From Entomortierella parvispora E1425 (taxonomy: Eukaryota; Fungi; Mortierellomycota): 64,000 nucleotides of DNA. The stretch is taken from NCBI GenBank assembly GCA_020891255.1, contig BQFW01000007.1, positions 992,001 through 1,056,000 on the forward strand. The letters run 5' to 3'. Position 1 is the first letter of the stretch, and every line of letters begins with the position of its first letter. Below the pieces are notes generated by a model, which was not told the origin of the DNA, did no database searches, and worked only from the letters and a program-made list of their open reading frames with translations. Made by a program: the position numbers and the translations under genes. Shown one piece after another: positions 1-12,632 of this stretch.

Positions 1-855
1 ATCCCGGTCGGTGACGATCCAAACGAAGCTTTTCGGGGCTTGGGGGAATTGGCCCGACAGAGGGCTAAAAAGAAGGCCTACGATGCTCGTAAAAAAGATA
101 GACTGCAGCCGTCCCAGAAGCCCTCAACCCCGCCAACCCATGTCTGGGCCTGCCGTCGACTTCGAACCTTGCATATAGCCTTCCCCGAACCGAATTATCC
201 AGATAACGCCGCAAGGTCTTTGATCCTCTTTGGATACATAAGTAAGGCCTGTCCCCGACTTTTGGATCTCCAGATCACAAAAGAAACCATCAACTTCCGA
301 CCCAAGGATGGACTCTGTTTGTTGAGTCGACTTCATGACTTGGAACGACTGACCTTTGTCACGACCCATGTTCATTTCTTTGATCCTCGCACGGCCACGG
401 AAATCCAGGGAGGCAAGAAGCTGTTTCAAACTTTTGAAGACGAATTAGAGTGGATGCGACGGTTCCCGAAGGGCTACAATGGCCGATCTTTTGCAACTCT
501 TTCCACTGGTATCTCCTTTTCGTCGCTTGAAGACAGTCGCCAAGATATCTTTCAAGGTCGTGGGACTCCCATTTCAAGAAACAAAGGCCGGGACCAAGGA
601 TGGGATGATTTGAATCTCTCATCCTTAGGAACATTGAGGGACGTGAAGGATTGGAAGTCTGAACGCACAAGGGATCTCATGAATTGCCGACCGCTGTGGC
701 CGGCACTGGAGAGTCTGCAAGTTCGGTACTCGAACGCCGAATATCGAAATGAAGGTCGCAAGTTACAGCACTATCTTGCAAAGATCCGACCTGACGTAAG
801 GTCAGATATTCTGTATTCCAAAGGCGAACCATTTCCTCCCGTCAGGGTCGCTTGA
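1..855 (+). CDS. F-box/RNI-like LRR family protein, C-terminal part (5' end outside window)
   Basis: Frame 1 is open from base 1 to TGA 853-855. Contains WACRRLRTLHIAF, LCLLSRLHDLERL and LWPALESL, the same C-terminal motifs as the other F-box/LRR ORFs in the window. Confidence 0.7.
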   Translation: MPVGDDPNEAFRGLGELARQRAKKKAYDARKKDRLQPSQKPSTPPTHVWACRRLRTLHIAFPEPNYPDNAARSLILFGYISKACPRLLDLQITKETINFRPKDGLCLLSRLHDLERLTFVTTHVHFFDPRTATEIQGGKKLFQTFEDELEWMRRFPKGYNGRSFATLSTGISFSSLEDSRQDIFQGRGTPISRNKGRDQGWDDLNLSSLGTLRDVKDWKSERTRDLMNCRPLWPALESLQVRYSNAEYRNEGRKLQHYLAKIRPDVRSDILYSKGEPFPPVRVA

Positions 856-1076
856 ATCTCTTTGAAAGAACAATAAAAAAAAAAGTATCACGCTGTTTGT
901 TGACAAGAGACCACACGAGCAACAAGGACGGCCATTCTCAAGAGGGTCTCCATGCCCAAGTTCGAATTTCACCCCGTTTTTCTCCCAAACACAATTGCTC
1001 CGCACCTATATATCAAGGTCAAACGAGTCTCGACCAATGCCTTCGTTTTTCTATTGTATGATGGACACAACCTCAT

Positions 1077-1526
1077 CTACTTCCAATTGTTATGTTTAGG
1101 ATTGATAGAGATATGTCGTAAAAGATCTTTGGTGTGCTCATTATTCATCTGGATTCCAGGTATTGTCCTCATCTCTGGCCAATGATTCAGTACCCAGAGC
1201 GCCTCCGGTTTCCTCCAGTGATCCTTCTTGAAATCGTTATGAAATCCTAATTCTTTCAGGTGCTTCAATGGCCATAGGGCGCCAAGAGCCAATTTGAGCC
1301 TCAGTCTTGGCCCCTGACCTCCCTCATATCCACTGGAGGGAAACTCGCAGACTAAATATTCCAGCTCGCTCACTTCCGCAACACGAGAAAATATTCCTGA
1401 CTGAAGTTTCTGATTCTGATTCGTGAAGGAAGGCGACAGCCTTAGCTCTCTCATGCGTCGACAGACCCACGATCGATCGTCTAGATCTTTTGTATTCCTT
1501 TTTTTTTCTCTGTTGATTGCGAGCAA
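1077..1526 (-). pseudogene. 5'-truncated F-box/LRR remnant (only the last ~135 aa)
   Basis: Retains SWVCRRMRELRL, LRLKLALGALWPLKHLKELGF and EALWVLNHWPEM. The space where the F-box and most LRRs should be is occupied by the P450 3' end (stop at 1594). Confidence 0.65.
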
Positions 1527-1593
1527 CTCACTCGATGTTTTCTATTGTTTTTTTTTATTATTTCAATTCCATGGCCATGATATCTGTCTATCT

Positions 1594-3485
1594 TTACTCG
1601 CCTCTGTACTTCTCAAAGATAATCTGCATGCCATTACGAGAGTACATGGTAATGTCGGACTCGGGTTGGGGCTCAAAGCCCTCGACCACCTTCCAGTCGT
1701 ACCGTTGGATCAAGCGCGTCATGGTGTTCATAGCCTGGTTGTAGGCAAAGTTCTGTCCCAAGCAGATACGAGGACCAGCATGGAAGGGGAAGAACATGAA
1801 GGGACGGACCAACTTGACACGCTCAGGTCCCCAACGGTCAGGATCGAACTCTTCGGCATCCTCGCCCCAGTACTCCTTCATACGATGGGTCACATAGGAC
1901 GAGTGGACAATAAGGGAACCCTTGGGGATAAAGTAGCCATTGGGCAAGACATCGTCCTCGAGACAAGTCTTGATGTTCAAAGGCACGGCAGGGTACAGAC
2001 GCAGGGTCTCGTTAATGACCTGCTTCAAGTACTTGAGCTTCTTGATATCGTCATGCTCGGGCTTGCGATCCCGACCCAAGACTTCAAAGATCTCCTCACG
2101 AACGCGCTGCATCACCTCGGGGTGCTTGCCCAAGTTGTAGCACATGAACGTCAACAGATTCGTCGAGGTATCGCGACCCGCCAACAAGAAGTTCATCATC
2201 AAATCACGAAGGTAGATGCGATCGAAGGGGTTGCCGTTCTCATCCACAGAGTTCAAGAAATGGGTCAATAAGTTATCGTGCTTGTGCTCGTTCTCCTCTC
2301 CGGCCTTGGCGCTGGCCTGACGTTCAATCTCTCTGGCGATCGCGGCATCAACAATGGGCATCAAGACCGCGTCCATGTCCTTGACCTTTTGGGGGAACTC
2401 CTTGGCAGGGACCAAAGACTGGTAATCGCACAGGCGGATCTTCCAACCGCAAACCTTCTGGGTGTAGTTGAACGCACTCACAAAGGCCGATTGTGGGATA
2501 TCCAAGGCATTGATGCAGTCGCCAAAGAGGAATCCAGTGGCAGTGTCGATGGTGTAGCGGGACCAAAGATCCTGAGCATCCAGAGCCTCTCCTGCGGCGA
2601 TCGACTTGTCGAGGATGCCGAATACTTGGTTGATCTGAGTCTCGATGTGAGCGGCACCCTTGTATTCCGTGACCTGGAAATGGGGGCGAGCCAGGGCACG
2701 CTGATTCTTCCATGCGGCACCATCGGCGTTAAAGATTCCGGTACCCATGAAAGGGAAGAAGGCCTTGTGGAAGGCAGGACCTATTTTTGGGCAGCAACAA
2801 AGGACGACTAAGGGTCAGTTTTCTGAACTTCGAATGACGATGGTCTACTTTGTGGGTGAAGAGAGATCATTGGGTAGATCCGAGCAGGCCTTGAACAGGA
2901 CAAGGTTCAGTGGAGAGCGAAAAAAGATGCGTCTTCTGCTGGAGTTGAGAGCATCTGTCTTCATAAACTGACGCTCCCTCTCCACTCCACTTTAGCCCCA
3001 CTCCACAAGCTCTGATGTGCAGTGAGGAGGAGAAGGGGGGGGGGGGGATGGGACAAGATCTATTTTAACTTACCCTTGGGATAGTTCTCAAAGTTCTTGA
3101 CCAAGATATGTTGGACTGAGGAAGGCTCAAAGGCCAAGATCAAACAATGGCCGACGAATTCCGTGGTCAGGGTGAGTCCCTGTTTCGACAGATCTTGAAT
3201 GAACTGAAGCTCGACTCCGTCCCGACGAGCCTTGACATAGTTGTAACCCACATCCAACATGAAGAACTTTGACTTCAAGTGAGGAACGGCCATGCCGCGT
3301 GGGGGTGCCTTCTTGGCCCTCATACGTCCCAACCAAAAGTAAAGGACAGCGGTCAAGGCGAGCATGGACATGGCAGGGTTAGCCCTGCCACGCTTCACAA
3401 GTGCCCTTTGGCGGTGGCGGAGGATTGTAAGGATGTTGGAGACCATCGAGGGTGAGACGGCAGCGTTTGCTACTTGTGCTGACAT
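1594..3485 (-). CDS. Cytochrome P450, CYP52-like (fatty acid/alkane hydroxylase type), 2 exons
   Basis: Exon 1 3485-3074, GT-AG intron 3073-2781, exon 2 2780-1594; the join reads NYPKG-PAFHKAFFPFMGTGIFNADG. Motifs AGRDT, ETLR, FDPDRW and heme-binding FHAGPRICLG; N-terminal hydrophobic anchor. Confidence 0.95.
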
Positions 3486-6176
3486 GTTGATTTTGGATGT
3501 GCTGTGCTGGGTGTGCGATGTTTTTGTTGTGGGTTGCTGTGTGGAGGATATATGGAGCAGTGATTTGTTTGTCGCGAGTAAAGGGTATTTGAAGAGAGTG
3601 AGGAAAGAAGGATGTACAGAGAATGGAAATGATGACAGAAGAGAGCGGTGGGTGGCTATACAGTGAGAGGAAGTGCAAATAACGAAGAAGAAACGGAAAA
3701 TGAGAAGGAAAAGAAAAAAAAAATGACCGAGTTCAAGAGCTTTCCTTTTGTACTTTTTCTTCTCCACGTCCGAGGTCTACCAGTGACCCACGGAAAACTG
3801 AGCGAGAGCGAAAGAGCAGAAGAGCACAAGGACAAGAAAGAGGTGTCTAGTTTAAGGTGCAGCGCCATCTCACAAGGGCGAATTACATAAAGAGAACGAT
3901 CTCCCAAAGTATCACTTTTTTTCAATTGGCCTCCTGTGGTTGCCATAGAGAGGAGGCACCCCTTCCCCCCTTTCCCGTCTATGCAACCAAGCAATTCGTC
4001 GTGCTGGACCACAGCTGAATGCCAAGTCTCCCCCATGAGCTTTATATTGTCTCCTCCCAGCACAACAATCAGATCGTGTATCACCACCAACTAAACGCTC
4101 AAGCTCAATTCTGTTGCACAATATATGATCACTCTTTAATTGCGCAACAAAATCCTAGATGAAGCCGTCTCCTTCGAGAGAGTGGGAGAAGGATAGGGGG
4201 AGGACGACGGGCTGGCGATAGGTTCGCGTTGATCCTTGAAAGCACCAGTCTCAATTGATTGTGCTGAATGACTTTTCTACCCCAAAGATTTTCTCGATTT
4301 CAAGGGTGCAAAATCTTAATTGAGCACCAGAGACACGGCGAATATTGATCTCATTTTGACCAATTGTCCCTCTGCTGGGAGAGCAAAACAGAGGGAAACT
4401 GCCCATGGGTTTGTACTGTTCTCGCGATTGAGGTGGCCCAGCATGGCAGTGGCTGTTGTCACCAGTGTCAGTGGTTTGAAAAGGCAGCGCCTAACGGTCT
4501 TCTTGCTCATGTGAGCTCGTGGTTATCTCCTTTCGACCAAAAAAATAAACAATCCACGTCCTAAAGCGACAGGGGTGTGAACACCTAGTCACGCATCCCA
4601 GGAGCCATGCATCACATACATCTCTGCACTGACCGACAGCATCCTTACACCGATAAAATGAACCCTGAATGGAAAGCAGCAGAAGAGACAAGTAGGCTAC
4701 CGGTCCACTCTCCTCTTCAAAACTAGGGTAGCAATGGGACCATTAAAGGGGGTTGTCGTGGCAGCGAAGGACTTTGACCGTTCACCAACTGTTTGACATC
4801 ACAGCGCCATGTTTGGGGTCCGATTCTTAGATTTTTTTTGTTTGTTTGCTTTTGGCACATGAAAAAACACGCTTACTCTTCTTGCCCTCAACAGTTTGAC
4901 GCGTCTTCTTGACAACAACAAGAATGCCAAGACATTAAAAAAACTCGACAATTGTCTGCTCGATTTGACCAGCTTGGGATCGATCTGCTTTGCTCAAAAA
5001 TGCCCCGTCCATACCTCCTGAGCGCGCGTGCGCCATCGTTTCAATCAACATCGCGTGGGATGATCTCTTTCATTTATTAGTTCTTGATAATACGATAATG
5101 CACAAGCTGATCACCTATTCACTTTTGGGTGAATGCACCGTTCAGTCATTCAATTTCACTGAAATGCAAAGGATCAACGTTTTGTCAGAAAGTACCAATT
5201 GTTTCTTTTACACAGCAAAGGTAAATCGACCATCCAATACATGCCGTAGTTTTCTCTAGGATCTTTACAAGGGATGAAGGTCGAGGGCCCTGATCGGACG
5301 TTAGATGGAGAAGGGGTTGTGAATGGGACAAGGCAGCTTTTACAACCCCAGGAAAATTCCTGGTCTGGGAACTGCCACGAGGAGTAAAAATGACGAGGAG
5401 ACTGAATTAGAGCTGATGCTACTCCACAAATATCCAGGGTTCTACGTGCCAATTCTCCCACGTTGCCCCCTACATTTACGTTTGGATCCTCCTCTTCTCC
5501 CAGAGCTGTGGTTTTGGGGCAGCATGTGAAAGGAGAATTCTAAAGTGAACATAAAGCAATCTTGGTCTGTGCGAAGAGTGCGTACAGACTGCCCGAGTTC
5601 GGAAAACTTGGTACAGAGCCTGTCACCTCACACAAAGGAAGAAGAGCAAAAAGCAACCTTTCTAAGACGAAGGGCTATTTTTGAAAAGACTCGAGAGTTT
5701 TCAAAGGATCAGATCTCTTGTGTCCACACAAATATAAAGGTGCTCGAGGCGGACGCTCAATTGCAAAGTCTTGGCAAGTCTTGCAACTTATCACTTGGCC
5801 TCCCCTGCTTAGCCCAATGTGCCATCGTGTTTCTTGTTTCTCTTCACACATGTCCTTGTCTAGTCTGGGTATCCAATGACAATCATGCCCGCAAAGTCCT
5901 CTTATTCTTTGGATAGTAACGCGCGTGAACATCCAAAAAAAAGGGAAAAAAAAGCGCGCCTGTTTCCTAAAGCTTTGACTTCCATACATCCGGTCGCCAA
6001 AAAAAACCTCCAAATCTCCATATCTCCGGTGCTTCTCTCAGCAAAGCAACCCATCATAGAGTTCCCTTTTTCCTCTGGCATGAATGAGCGATAAGCAATA
6101 GTGGAGGAACTCCAAAGTTGTTTTTTTCCTGAAAGATTTATTCCAATCGCTTCGTCTTTGTCCAAAGATTCCCTGT

Positions 6177-7359
6177 TTACTTGAGGGGGATGAAACGGGA
6201 AGAGTGGGTGGCACCGATACCAGGACGACCGTGCTTGACGGGCTTGTAGGTGATGGAGAACTCACCGAGGTAGTGTCCGATCATCTCAGGCTTGATCTCG
6301 ACCTGGTTGAAGGTCTTTCCGTTGTAGACACCAACGATGGAGCCAATCATCTCGGGAACAACAATCATGTTACGGAGGTGAGTCTTGACAACAGCGGGCT
6401 TCTCCATGGCGGGAGCATCCTTCTTGGCCTGACGCAACTTCTTGATCAAACCCATGGGCTTGCGCTTAAGACCACGCTGGAAACGTCTGCGGGGACGGGC
6501 GTTGACAAGGTCCATCAACTGCTCGGAAGACAAGTCCAAGAGCTTGTCCAAGTCAATTCCGCGGTAAGAGAACTTGCGGAAAGTTCTCTTCTTTCTCGCA
6601 TCCATGGCGGCATCGTCGTGGTGTTCGTCAGCCTAGTGAACAAAAAGTGGAGTAGACGGGTGAATATTCCAGGTTCTGATCCATATTTGGGAGCGCGAAG
6701 GAAGGACAAGAGGGCGAGTTGACTGCGGTCGATGTCACAGCGCTGAAAAACACAGGAGGTAAAGAAGGGGTGAAGCGGTTGTTGCTGCGTCGCAATTCCT
6801 GATTGATTTGATCAATTGATAGTGCTCCTAGATGATCGCCCATCCATATTCATCCATGTCCAAGGTCCACTAGTGGAGATATGTCGTTGGCTGTTTGTGC
6901 TCTTGTGGAGAGTTCCTCAACGGTACAACGGAGATTGGAGAAGAGACGATCAGAGGTTTGACCCTCATCACCAAGCACCAAGGAGACAAGACGAAGTCCA
7001 GCTGAGTGCAGCGCATCCGAACAAGCCGATGGCTGCATCAGAGGTTCACACCCTTTTCCATTGATCTGCAACTGAAGCAGCAAAACAAAAGAGGGTGTCG
7101 TTTTGCTTCTGGTGATTCTCTTCCTGTGAGTTGCACCGAATGCGGTGGATTTGCCGAGTGATTGCTGGAGAGTGCTTAAATCGGGCATGGATGAGTGAAT
7201 CTGCCCATCTGTGAACAGAGATCATAGATTCGTCTCTGAAAATGTTTTCTCCGTGTCCTGACTGCATCGTGGTGGTGGTTTGTCGAGAAGAAACGACCGA
7301 TGGATGGATGGATGGCACCGATGGTTGTTGGATGCTCCATGTGCGATGTTTAGTACCAT
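6177..7359 (-). CDS. RPS15: 40S ribosomal protein S15 (uS19)
   Basis: Main exon 6632-6177 encodes [13 protein letters not shown]...[15 protein letters not shown]...[12 protein letters not shown]. Acceptor CTAG at 6636-6633. Probable ATG-only first exon at 7359-7357 (ATG|GTACTA), giving a 724-nt intron; the first exon is less certain. Confidence 0.96.
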
Positions 7360-7608
7360 ATTGAGAATAGTTGATTTGAAAGGACGTAAAAAGGAACCGC
7401 AGAGCTCCTCTGCTAATATTTCGGAGCGGACTTAAGGGGCCAAGCCATCCAAAAATCCACTTCTCAGCAGGCCAGACAGAAAGTCCCTTCGAGTCCTTCA
7501 CTCCTCAGTGGTTGGGCACGTACCCTCTATGCTTTTGCATTATTGACGTTTTGAAGATTTAATAGAGATATTGCCTTCCTAGCAGAGTAACTATTATCGA
7601 GCGCTATT

Positions 7609-10159
7609 TTACAACTTGGAGGTGCCATAGGCGTTATGGGCGGTGAAGCCCTTGGTCTGGAGAATATTGTGGTCCATCAACTCGCCCTGGTTATCAATCT
7701 CGTTGTACACCTCCCAGCCACCAGAGCCGCCGGCAATAGGGGCAAAGATCAAACGCTCATCAACGCCCATGATGTCACTCATGGCCAAGCTGTTCTCGCC
7801 GACCAAGGCGACAACGTCGCGAACGTGCTGAGGAACCTTAATGGCAGTCTGCTGAGAGACGAGACCACGGGTCATGTACCAAGACAGGTAAGTGTCGACC
7901 ATAGTCAATCCCCAGAGGCGCAACAAGGTCTCGAGAATATCCCTAGAAAGCGTGCAAAGGGTTAGAATCGATCTGCTCGGTGTAAGAGAACAACCGTACG
8001 AAGGCACTTTGTTATGGAGACTTACTTGGCTCCACCAGAGACGGTCTCAATGACCTTAAGAGTCTGCTCAAAGCAAATACGCTCACCGTAGGCCTTGGCA
8101 GCAGCCTGGATGGTATCAGATTCCTCACCCATCCAGACCTCGAACAGAGGCTTGCCCTTGCCCATCTTGGACTGCATGGCAGTAGCGAGCTACGAGGATA
8201 AACAGGAGAATGAAGGCTAAGTAAAATAGAGACTTCAGGGGCACCACTGGATTATACATGGCTCGGTTTCACAAAATCAAACTCACCTCCTTGAAAAGAC
8301 CAGCCTCGCGGAGCTGGAAGAGCTTGTAAAGAGTGTCGATTGAGGTGATCTCCCAGCTGGAAGCAGACTTGGGGTTGGGCAAATGGCTGGCATTCAATTG
8401 ACCCTTCTGGATCAAGGTAACGAGCTCCTTGGCGACCTTCTGCATCAAGACACTGTTGTCACCCTCAGCGGTCATACCGGCGTGGGAGAAAGCAATGAAC
8501 TGACCGAAACGGTTGACGGAGAGGTAACCTTGACCACCGCAACGCTCACGGCAGGTGGTGGCAACACGCTCGGCGTTCCAGGTAACAAGAGGCTTGATGA
8601 CGCAGCAAAGGCGGACAACCTCTTCGGCGTCGGAGGGATTCTGCTTCAATGAAGCAGCAGCCCATCGCTCCTTGCAGTAGTTCAATCCAATGTTCAAAAT
8701 AACGGTCTGGGCAAACAAGGGCAACAGAGCCTTCTGCTGCAACTGGTAAACCATGATGGGGGTATCACTAAAGGAAAAAATTGATGTGTCAGTGAATCGT
8801 TAAGCAAATAGAGGCGCCTGACTCCACACCCTGTTCTCGAAACCATGTGTGTACCTCTTGCCGTTGGGTCCAACGCAGAGACGGCTGTTAGCATAACGGA
8901 AAGCAATGGCCAGGCAGACCTTAGTACCACCCTGGCACAAAGAGGCAATTGCAAGGCGGCCCGACAAAAGCTGATCGGCGACCTTGAGGAAGCGACTATT
9001 AACGATGAAATCAGACTATCGTTAGCAAAAGAAAAACACATTTACCAGTAGTGCAATGCCATGTGTTTTCAATAGATGTCTTCCTACCCGCGACGGTTGG
9101 GGATGGAAGAGGAGAACTTTCCATCGCGAGAGATGTCAGAGTACTTGTTCAAGATGTTCTCGGCAGGAACACGGACATGATCAAAGAAGAGCTTGCCATT
9201 GTCGACACCGTTGCATCCAAACTTGACACCCATGTCCTCAATGCGCACTCCCTTCGAGGGAGTCATGTCTTCCTCGCGGATGCGGACAAGAATGGCGTGG
9301 ATACCCTCATCCTTGCCGCCGACAAAGGTCTGAGCAAAGACGACACACCACTTGGCGTGGACAGCAGACTACAAGTTGAAATATCGGCCAGAAGTTGAGT
9401 TACACGAACCGAAACACATATCAGAATATCCATGCTCATCCATCAGTTTTCCTTACGTTGGTAATCCAGTACTTCTGGGCCTTGACGGTTGGGGTGTGGA
9501 TCTCCCACTCATGGGTTTCAGGGTGCTGCAAAACATCAAAGACGAAAAAGAGAGTCGTCAGTATTGCTACCATAGACTCTCTCAAAACAAAAGGAAAGAG
9601 GTCAAACTTACGTAGTGGGCAGTCGTCTCCATCTCGATGGCGTTGTTACCATAGCCCAACTCGGTCAAACCAAAGCATCCGATTGAGGACATGTCATCAA
9701 TCTTGGGCAACAAGCCGCGATGTCTCTCAGTGCCCAGCTTGATCACCGTGCCACCGAACAAGTTCCATTGAACGGTCATCTATAGAGAGGAAATCACGTT
9801 AAGATATGGACACTTTATCCGCCGACTCGACGCCGACGAAAGCTCCATCATGACCCATGTACTGGCCTTACCTTGGTGCCCATGCTTCCGTCAATCATAC
9901 CGGCAATCTCGTGAGCAGCAAAGACGCGAAGGGGGTTCTTCTCAAAGTCCATGACGGAGATAAAACCTTCATGGGCAAGGCGACGAAGGCGCTGAAGAGC
10001 GAGCTCGCGCTTGGCCTCCAAAGAGATGTCGTAGCGAGGGATATAAATGGGATCCTTGGCAGCAAAGTCGAGCATCTGGCGACGATGCTCGTGGTTGTCG
10101 TTGGCGAGGATACGGGCGACCTTGCCGACATCGGCGGCGGAGAACTTGATTCCGGTCAT
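7609..10159 (-). CDS. Peroxisomal acyl-CoA oxidase / acyl-CoA dehydrogenase family protein, about 7 exons
   Basis: Exon fragments give [50 protein letters not shown] and [11 protein letters not shown]. The protein ends in SKL (PTS1) before TAA at 7611-7609. Confidence 0.87.
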
Positions 10160-11326
10160 GGTGATTGTTGAATGAGCAAAAGGAAAAGGAAAGATGAATG
10201 GAGAGAGGAAAAAAAAAGAATAAAAAGAGGAATGAGGAAAGAAAGGAATGTCAAGGAGAGAGGGAAAGAATGGGAGTGAGGGGGTGAAGGAGGGAAAGCG
10301 TTCGTTGGCGTGGAAAAGGAGACGAGACGATGTGAAGCAGTGTGGGAAACATATCGACTCTCTTGCCGGTGCAGAAGCACATGTCATGCAAGTCATATCC
10401 CGTCCGCCACGCCTGATTTCTTTTCTCCACACCCTGGCTCTCTCTCCTGTCTCGCCCAGCGCTGAACGGGATCCCCCTTTTCCGGCCTCTCCCTCTCGAA
10501 CTCTTCAAGGCGACTCGAACTATCCTTTCTTCCTGGCCTGTTTTGCGTCTCCACTCCCACTGGACGGTGGTACAACTCTGAGGATACAGACTCGCGATCT
10601 CTTGTCCCATGTGAAAGTCAAAAATATCCGCCGGTGCTCTCCCTTTCTCGATCTCGATCACCTTTTTTTCGGCGTCTGGCCGTCTCCAGAGCGGGAAGCA
10701 AGCAGACCGTCTCCAGACAAGATGAGATCCGGGTCCCCGCCTCAATGGGTCATCTCAAAAGCCGCAAAGTGTCTGGCGACAGAACGCATGCTTTCAATTG
10801 CTGCGACCATCGATGTGTGCCCTCGAAGTGGTCGCACAGTGAACGCATGAAAAAAAAAAAAAAAAAAAAGTCCTCCAGGAGCTGGTTTTCAAAACCCGAA
10901 GCGCCACCCAGAGAGAGCGATAAATTTCCCAGGCTGTGCGCCTTGATTTGCTCCTTCTTTTCAAATCTTTTCAAGTATGAACCCGCATGTCACATGACCG
11001 GGCGTCCATGGAATGGATTGAAGTGCTGCCGATCGATGAATCCATCCATCCATCCATCGTTTGATGTGTGCAGAGGACTGATTCAGCGTTGGCAGTGTCG
11101 ATATCATTCTCATCAGGACATGCATGAGCTGGATCGGTGGACGACTTGTTTTTTCACCTGGAAAAAAGTGTTGGATCACTGATCAGCTTGCATGGACCAT
11201 GGGGGCTCGACGCGACTTTGACTATCTTTTGCCTGGATACTTGGATTTGGCCAACAAATCATCAAACAACAGTTCAGTTCAATTGGGACAGCCGACTTAT
11301 ATCACCTTTACTATTGCCTTTACAGC

Positions 11327-11927
11327 ATGCCACCAAAGCTGGACCCCAACGAGATCAAGATCATCTACCTCCGTGCCACCGGAGGAGAGGTCGGAGCTTC
11401 CTCTGCTCTTGCCCCCAAGATCGGTCCTCTCGGTCTTGCCCCCAAGAAGGTCGGTGAAGATATTGCCAAGGCCACCCAGGACTGGAAGGGTCTCCGTGTC
11501 ACCGTTCAGTTGACCATCCAGAACCGTCAGGCCACCGTCTCCGTTGTCCCCTCGGCTTCTTCCTTGGTCATCAAGGCCTTGAAGGAGGCTCCCCGTGACC
11601 GCAAGAAGGAGAAGAACATCAAGCACAACGGTAACATCTCTTTGGATGATGTCATCGAGATTGCCCGTATCATGCGCCCCAAGTCCCTTGCCCGTGAGCT
11701 CTCTGGTACCGTCAAGGAGATCCTCGGAACTGCTTTCTCCGTCGGATGCACTGTCGACGGTCAGTCCCCCAAGGACCTCGGTGATGCCATCGATGCCGGT
11801 GAGGTTGAGATCCCTGTAAGTCAAAAGAACTCGGAAGATTTCACTACACAATTGAATTTTTTATTTTTGTTTTGTTTTCTGACAATTTTGTTTTTATCAT
11901 TCTTTTTTCTGTCATTAGGAGGCTTAA
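11327..11927 (+). CDS. RPL12: 60S ribosomal protein L12 (uL11)
   Basis: [23 protein letters not shown]...GEVEIP, then GTAAGT donor at 11816, acceptor 11917-11918 and terminal exon GAG GCT TAA. A probable 5'UTR intron spans 10975-11325 (GTATGA...TTTACAG|CATG). Confidence 0.97.
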
Positions 11928-12413
11928 ATACTTGCGTCGTGGATTTCATTATGCAAAGTAGTAATAAACCTTGCTTAAAGCTTGGATAATTCTCTTTGCT
12001 GCTCAGGAGTTGTTGTGTTGTTCAGGAACGCTGAAGGAAAATGCTTGAAAATATTGTGAAATTGAAATCTATGATGATACTGAACAGATTTAGGACTATT
12101 GAAATGTTTTCAGGTGAGTCTGATGATAGGCAGGCTGGATCAATTGTTACAACAGGCAGAGGAATAAACACGCTTTTATTATGTATTTCTTTTTTCACGC
12201 GCTTGTCGAGAGGAGTGTACATCTATGGTTGCCATTGAATGATTGAATGAAGTAGGAGAGTGGAATAGCCATTGTTGCTTGGCGTTGACAGGACTATGCA
12301 TCCTTGATCAAGACGCGAGAGCTTAATCTAGTGGTTGCAGCAAAAGAGAAGAGTTGAGTTAGATTCTGGCTCCTTGGGAAACTGTGGCATTGAAGAACAA
12401 GTGATGGTCAGAG

Positions 12414-12632
12414 TCACGTACCCTTGCGGACAAAAGTGAAGTAGGCGTAGGTGATGTCAATGCCAGCAACAACCGAAAGGGTGGAGGCAATGGCCAGCTT
12501 TCGGGTTGAGTGCTGGCCAGCAGCGGTGTTGGAGGCTGCAGAGGAAACTGAAGACATTTGACGACGAGCGGCGGCTTGGATAGGGGCACGAATGGATCGG
12601 AGGGCGAGGGTGGAAATCATGGAAGTGGACAT
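12414..12632 (-). CDS. 72-aa putative mitochondrial single-pass microprotein (paralog A)
   Basis: MSTSMISTLALRSIRAPIQAAARRQMSS...HSTRKLAIASTLSVVAGIDITYAYFTFVRKGT. Arg/Ser/Ala-rich acid-free N-terminus and hydrophobic C-terminal segment; clear homology to 13590-13823. Confidence 0.8.
   Translation of the reverse strand: MSTSMISTLALRSIRAPIQAAARRQMSSVSSAASNTAAGQHSTRKLAIASTLSVVAGIDITYAYFTFVRKGT

Noticed and set aside
1423-2811. Long plus-strand ORFs (282 and 177 aa), and similar antisense ORFs over RPS15, RPL12, the carboxylesterase, NAP1 and the FKBP gene
   Set aside because: These are shadow ORFs caused by strong third-position codon bias of the real genes on the opposite strand.
4990-5916. 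Splice-like signals and short ORFs between the P450 and RPS15
   Set aside because: The best exon chain I could build gives only ~31 aa, and no ORF resembles a known protein.
12061-12125. ATGATGA...CTGA downstream of RPL12, with TTTTCAG|GTGAGT
   Set aside because: It lies outside the RPL12 intron once the GAG GCT TAA exon is placed, spans only ~53 nt, and has no terminal stem or recognisable rRNA complement.
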